Shown: positions 13,871 through 30,878, counted from the first letter of the stretch. The stretch is DNA of 64,000 bases from the human T2T-CHM13v2.0 reference genome, Homo sapiens (GCF_009914755.1 NC_060925.1); one strand, 5' to 3'. Notes: generated from the sequence alone by a model not told the origin. Made by a program: numbers and translations.

Positions 13871-15936
13871 TCCATGCTGTGCTACTGAGAGAAACTAACA
13901 CATTCTTAACTTTTGAGAAACCATTTATGGGAGAAATGATCATTTATCTTTCTCTTTAAACAGTCTTTTAAAAAATTGTGGTATCAGAAATCTTGCTGAT
14001 GCTATAAATTGTAACAAAATGCCTTGGAGGGTTGTACATGGAAGACCTGGTTGGCTGTGGCTAAGAAGGGGACCTAGAGATTCATAATAGCTGTGCTTGA
14101 ATACTTGTTAAACTTGAGTCCTCTTGGACATTTCTCTCCACAAACAAGGGGCAAAATAGAAGTGTTTCTCTAAAAGAGAAAGGACATTGTAGGGAATGAA
14201 GAGTTAAATTTCCAGAATAGTGCATACTAAATAGCCTTTAAAAAAATCCTTGATAAAAATACTTGAAATGCTGAATAAAAAGAAAAAAATAAAAGACAAA
14301 ACCACACACACATTTTTGGGTACTTCATTTTTGCCAGCAAGAAAAATGAGGGAGATTTGCAGAGGCTAAAAATGAAACCAGCACATGAGTCCAGATCAGT
14401 AAGAGAGTGCTGGGCGCAATGGCTATGCATTCCAGGGACCAAAAGCTTCTGTCTTCAGAGCCATACCAAACACCAGAGACAAAGCTAAGGGGCCATTCAA
14501 GCTGGGGACTCACTGCCAAGTAGGAGCCCTTTAAAATGAAATCTTGGTTTCAGAGGTTTTGGGAAATGGAGATGTTATGAATTCAGGCCTCAAATCTGCA
14601 TGATGACTGTCTTATATATACACAGTTTCAGGGAATATATATTTTTTTCTTTACCCAGCACCAAGACCAAGTGAGGTTGTTGCCTTCTGGTACTCCCCCT
14701 GCCCCAGCTTTGCTGTGCAGCAGTCCAAGCTATCAAGAACCTTAAGATATGGAAGGCATTTGTTAGGCCAGTCCAGAGTCACCTGAAGTCTGGGCAGCAC
14801 TGGGCTATCTGCGAGGCTGACTGAGCTTGTCCTTCCAGCATTAGCCAAGCAGGAGTGGCAACCTGTCTCTGCCATCCCTGACCAACACACACACAAAAAG
14901 TGACCAGAGGGAAAAGTTAAGCTTCAATGAACTTATCTAGAAATTTATAATCAGGAAAACTAGAAAGAAGTGACTTTAAGCAATTTTTTTTACCTTGTGT
15001 GTATTTTTATAGTTCAGTGTTCTTTATACTTTGAATTCTATGCTGGCTGGTAGGGGTGTCAGTGGGCAGTACTACCATCTTTTTAATACTTACAGCATAT
15101 TTCTGAGCTTCAGGGAAGAATATTTAAAGTCCAGGGAGGAAGCTCCTTTCTTCACTTGGTGCCCTTCTTCATGATGTGTGTATGTAGCGTTGGGAGGATA
15201 GTGCCTGGCATGGAGCAAAGGCACTAAAGATGTTGGCTCCCTTTCCTGCTACTCAGAGGCTAAGGACCACAGCAAGAGCCAGGGTGACTGTGGATACCAA
15301 GCGTGTTGTGTTTCAAGGCCAAAGGGGTGAAGGATAGAGTTAGGAGAAGAATGTTTCATCCAGAGACACTTAGAGGCAGATTCTGTTAGGGACTGAGAAT
15401 CCTCCTAGGCCTGGAAGCAATGCCCAGCCAGTTTTCCCTTAGTCTAGAAACTAATTAGCTTTGCTTCTTGCTAACCCAGAGGTAAGAAAAGGAACAAATG
15501 CTGGTACCTCTAATGCTGCCACAGCTAAGTCAGATCTTGACTTAGACTTAAGAAGTTAGGATAAATAACTAGCACCGTTAGTTTTATATTTATAATGTTT
15601 CTTAGTTTCTTCCATCTTTTAGGCATATCTTACCCAAACCAAGGGCAGAGACATTTTCTCATATTTCAGTCAAATACAACAGTTCCAAGTGGTCACTTCA
15701 AGTCTCAGGTTTCTTCCTGAGAAACCCAGGAAAGACCAAGTTGTGGCAGCAGAAACCAGGGCCCTATGGGAAAAGAGGCAGGAATGACTAGGGTCTTGGT
15801 CCTTTGCCATCTAGGCAATTTTTCTACTACTTCATGGAAGCCAACCACATTCCACCAGAAAAAGTTTCCATGGGCTGCCATCAGAATCAAAATATACCTA
15901 GGCTGGGGATGTCCTGATCAGTGCCAAAGTGGCATT

Positions 15937-16552
15937 TGTAAACCAAAAATAAAATTCTGAGCCCCCCAACCACCTGAATGGACCCCTCCTCTTGGCCAAG
16001 GGCATTCCAAAGTTAATCAGCAAAAGTAGTTCAGGCCGTGATAGGAAGCAGAGGGGGTCAGACATGCCCCATTATATCCTCCTCTCTTTTAGAATTCAAG
16101 AAAAGCCCACCAGCATTACAATCAACACAGGCTTTATCCGATAAGAAACACTTACAATGTATTCTCTCTGAAGCCTACTTGGAGGCTTCATCTGCGTGAT
16201 AAAATCTTGGTCTCCACAAGCTCTTATCATAACCTAGAAATTCCTTTCTATTGATAGTAACTCTTTCAACCATTTGCGAGTCAGAAAATTTTTAAATCTA
16301 CCTGTGACCTTGAAGCCCCCCAACCCCCACTTCAAGTTGTCCCACCTTTCCAGGTTGAACCAATGTAAAGCTTACATGTACTGATTGATGTCTTATGTCT
16401 TCCTAAAATGTATCAAAGCAAGCTGTACCCTAACCACCTTGGGCACATACCGTCAAGACCTCTGGAGGCTGTGTCATGGGCACATCCTTAACTTTGGCAA
16501 AATAAACTTTTTTAATTGATTAAGACCTGTCTCAGATACTTTTAGTTTCACA
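15937..16552 (+). mobile_element. MER4-family (MER4B-like) ERV1 solo LTR
   Basis: TGTAAACCAAAAATAAAATTCT start, AATAAA, ...TTCACA end; 4-bp TSD CATT. Confidence 0.9.
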
Positions 16553-17239
16553 CATTCCTTGCATGAAATTCTGCTTCACTGTTCTGAAATATGGTCCCTA
16601 GTTATAGGAACCATCTTTTCCAGAAACTGGAAATGTAGTTCAACAATGGTCATGAGAGCTATTTCCAGGCATGAGAGATCTGAAAGGCATAGTTTGGCTT
16701 CATAGCTATTCGAATTTCTGGAATATGTCAATGGTTGGAGAGACAATAAGTAATATAGCTGAAATTAGAACAATCGTATTAAATCTGAGTCATGTAGCTA
16801 TGGTGTGGTTGGACCCCCAAGGAGGCATTTTCTTAGTGTATAAAGTGGATTGTACCTGCTTAGACAGCCAAATGAAGCGTCTTCAAGATGCTGGGGCTCA
16901 GAAGCATAAACCAGGCAAGGCCCTTAACTGGTTACAGCTTCCTCCATGCCTGCCTCAGCAGTATTAGAGAAGCAAGTTCATTCTTATGCTTTTTAAGTAT
17001 TTTGTGATTTTATAATGTTGTGTTTTATGTTGGAACTGGGGCTTGGAAAGTGAAATGAACTAGTTATTGTGAAGGAAAAGAAATAATTGGATAAGAGATA
17101 GAATGCAGGGAATGAGAGGGTAGGTATAATGGATGGGGCCCCTTATTTTCCCTCTCCACTTCAAGTCCAGATATTCTCTGTACATTCACTGATGTCCATG
17201 AAGCCATGGGCACTGTAGGAAGACACATCTGAATTATCC

Positions 17240-17363
17240 AGGCCAGTGGTTGCTCACATCTGGAATCCCAGCACCTTGAGAGGCTGGGGCGGGAGGATTG
17301 CTTGAGGCCAGGAGTTCGAGACCAGCCTGGGCAACATACCTGGTCTCCATAAATCAAATTAAA
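17240..17363 (+). mobile_element. FLAM monomer
   Basis: Single left-arm Alu. Confidence 0.8.
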
Positions 17364-17453
17364 CAGTGTTATTCAGGCCCCAGAATTGACCCTGTTCTTG
17401 AATTCCTTAGGGCAGATTCAGAGGGGATTACTATTTTTACAGGTGGCTGCTAA

Positions 17454-17820
<367 letters not shown>

Positions 17821-18699
17821 AAAAAGGAGCTTTTTCCTACCCACTTTACCAATTTAACAGTATTACCAAGAACCTATAATTTCATTATTGTTCCTTCAGG
17901 CACTTGAGGAACTAGGGGACAAAGCAATAGCATGAAGTCCCCAATGACATACAGGATCCTGTCAGTGCATTTGTGAGATACACAGACTCCTCCTTCTTTA
18001 GTGTATAGCTTCCCTCCAGATAATTTTTCAGGGAAACTACTAGCCATATGCATCAGAAACTGTCTCTGTGTCCTCATTATACCAGATACATTGCTCTAAC
18101 ACAAATGTGTTACATTGTATTGAAATTATCTGGTCACACATTTGTGTCTCCTTTAGTCTCCTCTAAGTTTCTCAAGAACAGGGACCATATCTTTTCATTT
18201 TTGTGTAACAGGATGTTACATTTAAAGTTTCAACTGAGGTTCCAAGATAAAATAGATGCTGCATACCAAAGTGAGGTGCCACATCACTATGCAGAGTTTA
18301 AAAAGGGAATCTTTAAAGAACAAAACAAAAAATAAAAAATAAAAGAAATTATAAAATGAAAAAAAGAAAAGAAAAAAACTAAAAAAAGGGGGGATCTTTG
18401 ACAATCATTTCCATAATTCTTACCCACTTCACTCACTTTGACAATTATTTCCATAATGCTTAGCTGCCTCACTCAGATGAAGGGTATTAAAAGGGCCCAG
18501 GGTAGGAAAAGATTTGGGAAGATATTTCTTCGGGGATTTTTTTTTCTTCTGTGCTATGTAAACATCCTCCTCCCCCTCTCTAACACACAAATACAAAGCT
18601 TAACTTGAAGAGCTTGTAATGTGTTCTTGATGGGGTAAGGTGGGGAACACCATGGATTAGAATTTAAATCATACTTGAGAAATTCAATATGATCTAGAA

Positions 18700-18775
18700 C
18701 AGATCAGAGAGCGAGAGAGAGAAGGAGAGAGACGGACAGACAGAGACAGAGAGAGGGAACACAGAGAGCTGCGAG
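18700..18775. repeat. GA-rich low-complexity repeat
   Basis: (GAGA/GACA)n. Confidence 0.8.
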
Positions 18776-21700
18776 AGTCACCACTCTTTTATGAAGCAAG
18801 GAATGTGTACCCTTCCAGCAGGGCAGATGTCCTAGAACTATGTGGAGTCCTCACCAATAGGAATAACCGGGAGAGGGAACTGAGCAGTGAGAGTCATGTG
18901 TGAAGTAGACTTTTGGGGAATAAGGGACTGAGGCAATATCAGGCAATTGAAGGTGAAACCAGGTTTTCATCAGAGGCTTCAGAAGTTTCATCATGTATTT
19001 CTATATGTGCACTTTAAAAGGTCAGATATAAAAAGAAATTATTCCTTTGATTATAACTACTGGTCATGCTGAATCAATTCACCAATCACATTTATTTCTC
19101 TAAGTGTCAGACATCATGCCTGACTCATCCTAGGCATCTGATAAATGCTAAACTGAGCTCATCTGATTTTGGGACATATTCTACTACTATACCAAAATAT
19201 GTCCATGACACAGCCCAGCTGCATGGCAGCCCATTTTTTCCCCCAAGATCCTTCAGGCCATTGAAAGCAGTTCGTATTTTTATTTCAGGGTAATGACTCC
19301 TTAAATTATACTTTTGGGTAGGTTTTATGCGAATAATTTTAGGTCGTTTTATGTGAACAATTACAATTAACTAAATATAAACACACATTTAGAAATCTGC
19401 TCTTAATTATTATATATAAGTAAAAAATAGTTTTCTAACTCCAGAGATACAATGTTATTATAACCCATATAAAGTCCAGATGTCTGTGGTCTAGGTTTTG
19501 GCAGTGTCACGGTAAACAAAATATCAGCCTGGCGGAAAAGTTTAGGTGAAACCAATGAATATCTAGAAAAATATCAAAGGCATTACATGGATAACGCATA
19601 GCAAAACTTCCTCTTAAAAAGACCCTCATTACCAACTTCTACCCTTCTTATCAGTTCCCCCAAACTTTCCCTTTCCTAGAATTTCCTCAAAACTCTCTCT
19701 GAAGTTCACTTCCTCGTCTCTTCTCCCTCTGTGCCTACCCTGCTGCCTATTTTCTTGTCTCGCACCTGCAGGTCCACTATCCTCTGCCCTTTCTCTCATT
19801 TCCTTTTCAGTTTTCTCTGCATGATTTACTCCATTGAACTCGTAATTGTGAGTTGGAGAATGTGGAGATTTAGCAAAAGGTGCCAAGATTTTCATGAGAA
19901 GTTGGGTAGAGAAAGAAAAGTCTGTGAGTATTTAACTGTTTTTCCCTGTCGTTCCACGAAAGGGAGACTTGGCAAAAGTCAGCATCAGGAACAAGAGGAA
20001 CAGATGACCTGCTTTACCCGATCTGAAGCCCTGCAGAGGTGGACTTTCTTCACCCCAAAATAACTCTCATCTTTAGCTTGATAATAAAATGAAACTTTAG
20101 AACAAGGAAGTTATTTCTTTGTTTTTGTTCCTGATTAAAATATTTAGTATAACATTTCACTCATTAGTTATCGATAGCTAGGTAAATGAATGTATTAGTT
20201 ACCTTACTGGAAGTAGAGTTGGGTGGTAAATTAAGAGGAAGGCAGCTAAGAAGAGGGACATCAGTAAAATGGGATAGGAGATCCCCCACTCCTATTCCCC
20301 CACAGCAATGTTAATTTGGCAACCACTGGTGGATACCAGTGCCTTTGTGGGAGCCTTGGAATCCACGTAGGAGGTTGCAAAACCCCAGTGAAGCCCAAGA
20401 CCAAGGTAGGCTCATGCCTTGGTGGCAGACTCACCCACCACAAGCTACAGATCCAGAAATAGCTTCATCCTCTGTGGATTCAGCTACAACCCCATTTGGT
20501 CTTGGTCCTGCCACCAGAACCATCGGCTAAGGAGCCCAGGAGGAGTCACACACCACACACAAGTGCCTCAGGTAACAGGCCCATTGATCTTGTTCCCATC
20601 TTTGGACTGCAGATCAGCCTATGACCCAGTGCTAGTCCCTCTCTGCTGTGCTTATGGAACAGTCCTGTTCACTCAGGACTTGATGGGAGACATAGCTGTC
20701 TGTGCCCACGAAGACAGACTTGCCAATCTCAGTCCAACTGAGGATTGTGAAGCAGCCCTATGACCTACCTTCAGCATTTTTCAGGCTGTGGCCTCAGCAG
20801 TCCTAACCACCCAAGAACCTGGCAGGAGCCATGCCCATCCATGTCTGCAGAGGTAGGCCTGAAAACCTTGGTCTCAATTGTGGATGCTGAAGGAACTCTG
20901 TGACTTGGTTTCAGCCCCTTTTAGCCACAGACCAGAGCCAGTATTTCCTGCTTACTAACTCAGCAGGTATCCTCCCACAGAGACTTGGCAGGAGCCATAG
21001 CCATACACACACCTGATAACAAGCCCACTGTCCACAGACCCAACTGCAGATCCTGAGGCAGACCTTTGGTTCAGTATCAGCCCTACTGACCAAAATCTAG
21101 GACTCCTCCAGACAGGATCCATATCTGCCCAAGCCACTGGTAATGGGCCCACCAACAGTGGACCCTGCTGCAGACTCAGGAGCAGTTATGTAACCCCACT
21201 CCAACCTTGCTTAACTACAATCCTGGAGGCAATACCATCACTCCAGGGAACTGACAGGCAAATGTCCTTACCTGCCAAAACCAATCTATAAAGTCTAAAA
21301 CAGATGTTTGGTCCTTACAATATATAAACACTAATGCAAGTCTATGCACATTAAGAAGGATCAGGCAAACGTGACACCACCAAAGAAACTAGTAAAATTT
21401 CAGCAACCAACCCAAAATATGAAAGTCTATTAATTGCCTGACAAGAATTTAAAATAATCATCTTAAAGAAGCTCAATGAGATGCACAAAAGAACACAGAC
21501 AGACCATTAAACAAAAATCAGAAAAACAGTACATAAAAAAGAAGAGTTTAATAAAGAAACAAAAACCATAAAGAAGAACTAAACAGAAATTTTGGAGCTG
21601 AAGAATGCAATCACAGAACAGAAACATTTGATAGAGGGCTTCAACAGCAGACTTGATCATACAAGAAAAAAAATCAATGAACTTAAATACAGGTCATTTG

Positions 21701-21863
21701 CAATCAGTCATTTAGAGGAACAAAAAGAAAAACAATGAAAAATAGTAAAGAAAGCACAGAAGACTTTTGGGCCACCATCAAGTGATCAAATATATCCATT
21801 ATGGGAGTCTTAGAAGGAGAAGCAAGAGAGAAAGGGGAAAACATACTATTTAAAGATGTAATA

Positions 21864-22452
21864 GGCCAGGCGTGGTGGCCTATGCCTGTAATCTCAGCAC
21901 TTTCGGAGGCCAAGGTGGGAGGATTGCCTGCAGCCAGGAGTTTGAGACCAGCCTGGGCAACATAGCCAGATAGCCAGACACTATTTCTATAAAAAATAAA
22001 AAACAGACTGGTTGCTGTAATCCCAGCACTTTGGGAGGCCAAGGTGGGCAGATCACCTGAGGTCGGGAGTTTGAGACCAGCCTGACCAACATGGAGAAAC
22101 CCTGTCTCTACTAAAAGTACAAAATTAGCCGGGCATGGTGGCACATGCCTGTAATCCCAGCTACTCGGGAGGCTGAGGCAGGAGAATCGCTTGAACCCAG
22201 GTGGCAGAAGGTGTGGTGAGCTGATACACGCCATTGCACTTTAGCTTGGGCAACAAGAGTGAAACTCCATCTCAATAAATAAATAAATAAAATAAAAAAT
22301 AAGCTGGGCATGGTGAAAAACACCTGTAGTCCTAGCTACTTCAGAGGCTAAGGTGGAAGGATCTCTTGAACCCAGAGTTTGAGGCTGTAGTGAGCTATGA
22401 TCATGCCACTGAACTCCTGTTCTCCAGCTTGGGCAACCAAGCAAGACCCTGT
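21864..22452 (+). mobile_element. AluJ host split at its central A-linker
   Basis: Left arm 21864-22003, right arm about 22300-22452. Confidence 0.85.
22005..22292 (+). mobile_element. AluSp inserted in the AluJ linker
   Basis: Sp diagnostics GTCGGGAG..CTGACCAACATGGAG and GCAACAAGAG. Confidence 0.88.
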
Positions 22453-23393
22453 GGGGTGGGAGGGAAATGTAGTAGTTGAAAATTTCCCAATTCTTAGGAG
22501 ATATATAGATATATATATATACACATCCAAATTTACAGAGCTCAAAAGATTTTAAGCAGCGTCCCCAAAGAATATTACTCCAAGACACATTATAATAAAA
22601 TAAAATCCAAAGACAAAGACAGAATTTTGAAAGCAGCAGGAAAAAACAGGCTTGTCACATATAAGGGAAACTTTGTGAAGCTACTGGTGGATTTTTCAGC
22701 AGAAGTCTTACAGGCCAGGAAGAAATGGGATGATATATTCAAAGTGCTGGAAGAAAACAACTGTCAACCCAAAATACTAAACCTAACAAAACTGTCCTTC
22801 AGAAATGAAGGACAGATGAAGATATTCACAAACAAAAGCTGAGAGATTTCATTACTACTAGACCTGCCTTATGAGAGATGCTAAAGAAGGTTTCTCAAGT
22901 TGAAATTAAAGGATGCTAAGTAACAATATGAAAGCATATAAAAGTATAAAATTCACTGGAAAAAGTAAATATACAGTCAAATTGAGAATACTCTAGTTCT
23001 GTAACTGTGGTACAGGAATCACATTAAACTGTAGTATAAAAGTTAAAAGACAACAGTATTAAATATAACTATAGCTATAATTTCTTAATGGGTATACACT
23101 ATTAAAAATGTAAAGTGTGACATTAATATCATAAGATGTGTGTGTTGGGGGTAAGATTGTAGAGTTTCATGTGCAATTGAAGTTAAGTTGTTAGCTTAAA
23201 ATAGACTGTTATAGGTATTTTACGTAAGCCTCAGGATAACTCAAAAAAAATTCTAGTAGACAAAAGATAAAGAGAAATGAATCAAAGAATAACACTACAA
23301 AAAAGTAATCAAATCACAAAGGAAGACAGAAAGACAGAAGGAAAGAAACTTCAGACCACTTAGAAAACAATTAACAAAATGAAATAGTAAGTA

Positions 23394-23737
23394 CAGTTAG
23401 CCATTAGTATTCATGGGTTCTACATCTGTGGATTCAACCAACTATGTATCAAATATTAATATATTAGGAAGAAAACAAAATAACAACACAGCAATAACAA
23501 TGGAAATAAGAATAACAATACAGCATAACAACTATTTACATAGCATTTACATTGTATTAGGTATTTTAAGTAATCTAGAGATGATTCAAAGTATATGGGA
23601 GATGTGCATAAATTATATGCAAATACTACACCATTTTATATAAGGAACTTGAGCATCTGTGGATTTTTTTATCAGGCATTTTGGGGTGGGGGAGTGGTTC
23701 CTGGAACCAATTCCCCACAGATACTTAGGGATGACTG
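23394..23737 (-). mobile_element. MER2 (TcMar-Tigger) DNA transposon
   Basis: CAGT...ACTG termini, TA TSD, MER2 internal motifs; sits at the start of L1 ORF2. Confidence 0.88.
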
Positions 23738-25459
23738 TACTTACCTATCAATTACTACTTTAAATGTAAATGGATTACATTTTTCAGTCAAAAGACAGAA
23801 TGATTGAACAGATTTTTTAAAAAGATCCTACAATATGCTGTCTACAAGAAATTCATTTTACCCTTAGGACACAGAATGAAAGTGAAGAAATGGAAAGATA
23901 TTCCACGCAAATGGTAACCAAAAGAGAAGAGCAATGGCTATGCTTATATCAGACAAAGTAGACTTTCAGTCAAAATTTGTTGTGAAGACAAAGATAGTAA
24001 CAAAGATAATGACAAAGGGGTCAATTCATCAAAAGGGTATAACAATTGTAAATATATCTATGCATCCAACTTGGAGCATCTAAATATATAAAGCAAATAT
24101 TAACAGAACTGAAGGGAGAAAAGACAGCAAAACCAAAATAGTAGGGGACTTTAATATCCTACTTTCAATAATGGACAGATCGTTTAGACAGAAAATCCAT
24201 AAAGAAATGGTAGGCCTCAATAATTCTACAGACAAAATGGACCTAATAGACATAGAACATTCCATCCAACAGCAGCAGCAATAAATGGTACTGGGAAAAC
24301 CAGAGTCCACATGCAAAAGAAAGAAATTGGATCTTTATCTTACACCACACACAAACATTAACTCAAAATGTATTGAAGACTAAATATAAGACTCAAAACT
24401 CAAACTACCAGAAGAAAATATAGGAAAAAAGCTCCCTTTGATGTTGGTTTTGGCAATGACTTTTTGGATATGACACCAAAAACACAAGCAAATAGCAAAA
24501 ATAAATAAGTGGAATACTTCAAACTAGAAATCTTCTGCACAGCGAAGAAAACAATCAACAAAATGAACAGGCAACCTAAAGAATAGAAGAAAATATTTGC
24601 AAACCATATATCTGATAAGGAGTTAATGTCAAAATATATAAGGAACTCATATAACTCAATAGCAAGAAACCAAATAACCCAAGTTTTAAAAATGGGCAAA
24701 GACTTGAATACACATTTTTTTCAAAGAAGATACGTAAATGGCTAACGGGCAAATGAAAAGGTGGTCAACATCACTAATCATCAGGGAACTATAAATCAAA
24801 ACCACAGTGAGATATCACCTCACACCTGTTAGGATGGCCCTTATCAAAAAGACAAGTGATAAAAATGTTGGTGCGGATGCAGAGAAAAAGGAACATTTGT
24901 ATACTATTGGTGGGAATGTAAATTGGTATAGTTATTGTGGAAAACAGTATGAAGGTTCTTCAAAAAATTAAAAATGGAACTACCATATGATCTGTCAATC
25001 TCACTACTGGGTATATATCCAAAGGAAATGTAATCAATGTCTAGAAGGCATATCTGTACCCCCACGTTCATTGCAGCATTATTCACAAGAGCCATCATAT
25101 GGAAACAAACTGTGTCTATCAATACATGAGTTGACAAAGAAATTGTGTCCCATATTTACAATGAAATATTATTCAGCCTATGAGAGGCAGGAAATCCTGC
25201 CATTTGTGGTAACACAGATGGAACCTGGAGGTCATTATGCTAAGTGAAATATATCAGCCACAAAAAGACAAATACTATATCATCTCATTTACATATGGAA
25301 TCTTAAAAAGTTACACTCATTGAAGCAGAGAGATGAATGATGGTTGCCAGGGGATAGGGGTTAGGGAAAATGGAGAGGTGTTAGTCAAAGGGTACAAATT
25401 TTCAGGTATAAGAGTAATAAGTTCTGGGGATCTAATATACAGCATGGGGCCTGTAGTTA

Positions 25460-25791
<332 letters not shown>

Positions 25792-26159
25792 TTGTATTGA
25801 ACACTTGAAATTTGCTAACAGAGCAGGTCTTAAGTGTCTTCACTGCAAACACACACAAATAACTGAGGTAAAGTATATGTGTTAACTGACCTGATTGTGG
25901 TAATCGTTTCACAATGTATATGTACATCAAATCATCACATTGTATGCCTTAAATATATAGAATTTTTGTCAATTATACCTCAATTAAGCTGTGGGGAAAA
26001 AAGAGAAGGGAGGCTAAGAAACGAGAAAGAAAACCTCAAATATTGAAGAAGATGGTAATGTTAAATTAAAATTTTGTCATTTTCTTTTTCAATATGTTGG
26101 CAGGGTTAGTGCTGGTTCTGGAAAAAGGCTTTAGTGAAAGTTATTACTTTAAAGCATAT

Positions 26160-27050
<891 letters not shown>

Positions 27051-27877
27051 AGGAAAACATATGTTAAAAAAGAAAACTCTGCCTTTTTTTTTTTAAGAGT
27101 ACAGTCTAACTCTTTTAGATGTTGGGCAAACAGGCATCTCTCCATTTAATGCTCCCATAAAGCTGGTAACTTAAATACTTTCCTGGGTTAGTGGTTTGCA
27201 TTTTCAGAAGAGCTCTCATAGAAAGAGCTAGTACCCAAGTGAATATATGCTATAAATTATAGATAACTTGTTTTTCTTCATTTAAGTGAGCAAGCATGTT
27301 CTTCATAAGTCAATACATGGCTCACAAACTACCCCAGGCAATGATTAGACAGCAGCCTCAGTTCCAGAGAGCTCAAGCCAGCAGCACCTGGAGCCCCTAG
27401 AATTTTCGGATAAACAGAATACTTCCTTCACAGTTTGACACCTTTGGGGAATGCTAATGAAAGCCACCATCTTGCAGCTCACTTCTTTACAACTTTATTT
27501 GCCTTAAGGGTAGAAAATTGTGAAGCTAGCAGGAGCCTCTACCCATATTAAAAAGATTCTCTTGCAGTTCACCTATTTTTCTGCCTCAGAAAATCATCGT
27601 TTACTTTTAGACAACATGTTTATTAAGATAAGTACAATATGTTGGGGTCAGTATTAGTGAAACTATAAGTACTTATTCGCTAAGCCCATAAAAGTCAAGC
27701 ATTTCATTGACCTAGTAATTTGTCTACTAGAAAATATCAATGTAGAAATATGAGAAAACAGATTTATCATGCACCTAAAGAGAAGTAGCAATGTTCACAC
27801 CCCTCCCCCTTCTCATTGCTCTCAGAGAACTCAGGATATATTATTAGGATATTTTTGACTTTTACAGAGGACAAATT

Positions 27878-28305
27878 TGAGGCAGGAGAATAGGGTCTGG
27901 AGACAGGGAACATAGGGCCCATTCATGCTGACTTCCTAGAACTAAGTCAAATGGAAACACTTCAGCTATAATAGTAAATATTCTCTCCATTTACTTAGGG
28001 AGTATACTGAGTAAACGACTTTGAACCTTTACTTCATCCTCTTCATTTACATAGGGCGTACACCAAGTAACCAATGGAAACCTCTAAAGGGTATTTAAGC
28101 CCCTGAAAACTCTGTAACAGGGCTCTTGCGCCCCTTTGCTTGGCCTGCTCCCACCCTGTGGAGCATTATTTCATTTTCAATACATCTCTGCTTTTGTTGC
28201 TTCATTCTTTCCTTGCTTTGTGCGTTTTCTTCAATTCTTTGTTCAAGACTCCGAGAACCTGGCCACCCTCCACCAGTAACATATTTATACCCTCCACTGG
28301 TAACA
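27878..28305 (+). mobile_element. MER61-family ERV1 LTR with duplicated 3' terminus
   Basis: TGAGGCAGGAGAATAGGGTCTGG start; ACCCTCCAC(CA/TG)GTAACA ends at both 28281 and 28305. Confidence 0.85.
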
Positions 28306-28778
28306 AAATGAGAGGTAAGGATCTGAAAGATGGCATGGCTTGTTCAAGGTTTGCCAGCGTTTGCTTCTTCAGTGAGTCTAAGTCAAGGGCTGTACTTCCA
28401 TTTCCATCATGAGAAAGCAAAAGGCTTGTTTGTATGCCTGCTGGTAACTGGGTGTTTGTACCAATGCCCCTGAAAGTCCAAGAATTTCTCCTGTAGGTAC
28501 ACTCACTCTGGGCACTGCCTTCTACTGCAGGGACACAAAACTGTTGGGGCCCCATTTAATGTCACTTCAACCTTACTCAGCTACAGTTAACCACTTTAAT
28601 TAAATTAACGTGTGCTATCATAGGGAAGCCCCACCCTACCTTTCAACTCTCATCTTCCACTTCCCTGAAGTATCATGATTATTTCTACTCACATCTAACA
28701 ACTGCTAGATAACCAGATCAGATCTGCACAGTGATGTCAAAATGCCTACTCACTCTCTAGAGAATTGGTCATACTAAC

Positions 28779-28848
28779 ATGTGAATGACAGACAGCCCTA
28801 TTAAAGGCTTGTGTGTTATATGTGAATGACAGACAAGCCTGTTAAAGG
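28779..28848. repeat. 29-bp direct repeat pair, 41-bp period
   Basis: ATGTGAATGACAGACA..CCT.TTAAAGG at 28779 and 28820. Confidence 0.85.
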
Positions 28849-29749
28849 ATCTCTCATGGGAAGGATTCCAGATAGTGGGACAGTGGAGTAAAACAAGAAA
28901 AAAAGGCAGAAGCACTGGGGATTTAGTCCTGGCCGGCCATTGTTTCACTGTACTCTGATTCTACCCCCATCCAACATTTCCATTCCCTGTCTTAGACATT
29001 TGGCTCCAGTGGCTGCAGAAAAATTAATTCAAATTCTGGCTACGTGTGCCTTCAGCATCCACATTCTCTGTAGAGGCATAAGCAACCCAGGGCTGCATCG
29101 CCTCCTGCATCCACATCAGCATCACCCACCTGGTAGTTGTCAGCAAATGAAAGGAACACCTATAAACTAAGATGAGAATAATACCCTGAAAGATAAAGTA
29201 ATTAAAATTATAACAATGAGACGGCAGTCAAAACAATACCCACGTTTATTTAATACCTGTCATTTGAGAAATACGGGGTGATCCATTCATATCACCTCAT
29301 GAATCCTCCCTATACTTTTATGAGAGAGGAAAGAGCATAGGTCAGTTACAAAAAAAGCCAATGTGGGGCAAGGTTAGTCAAGAAAGCACTGCTGTAGAAG
29401 GGGAAGACCTGAAAAATATGACTTTGGATATCAAATATGGGAGGGCATTCCTGGAAAGTAAAAATACCAGCCTGCCCTTTGGTTCCTGGGCATCTGCTCA
29501 GCCAGCATCTGCATCCAGTTTGGAAGGTGGGAGAAGGCCCTAGATGCTGCTCCTGGGCTCCCACATTCACATAGTTTTGTCTCCTCGTGGCTTCTATTCT
29601 TTTGTAATTACCCCAGTGCCTAGTTTCTTGAAGGTGTCCTAATGTACATTAACAAGTATTATTTTTAAAGGGATTACATTTTCATAATGTTGGGTGAATC
29701 ACAATTAAACAGACTTCTTTAAGTCTATAGGATTTTTGAAATCCTTTAA

Positions 29750-30426
<677 letters not shown>

Positions 30427-30612
30427 TGCAGGGATTCTTTTAACTGTAAAATTGCTTTAAAATTTTGTTTTAATGCAAAAAGTTTTCATGGAAAAAGCAG
30501 AGCATAAAAGCACACACATTGTATTAATAACTATGTAAAAAACTATTCACAGTTGGGCTTTAAAAGGGCAAAAACAAAAAAGAAAAGAGTCATTTATAAG
30601 GATAGAACTATG

Positions 30613-30878
30613 GGCCAGTCACAGTGGCTTATGCCTGTAATTCCAGTAATTTGGGAGGCTGAAGTGGGAGGATTGCTTGAGCCCAGGAGTTTTTGAGACC
30701 AACCTGGACAACATAGGGAGACTCTGTCTCTATAATAAATAAAGTGGCTAGGCATGGTGGTGAGTACCTGTAATCCCAGCTACCTGGGAGGCTGAGTTGG
30801 GAGGTTACTGGAGCCTGGGAGGTCAAGGCTACAATGAGCCATGATCTCACTGCTGCCTTCCAGCCTGGAAAACAGAAT
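30613..30878 (+). mobile_element. AluJ-type, degraded tail
   Basis: Diverged dimer. Confidence 0.85.

Noticed and set aside
14030-14220. Possible second L3/CR1 fragment
   Set aside because: Similarity too weak to support by eye.
19505-19545. FOX (GTAAACA) and E2F-like (TGGCGGAAAA) motifs
   Set aside because: Two short motifs without other support; cannot be distinguished from chance.
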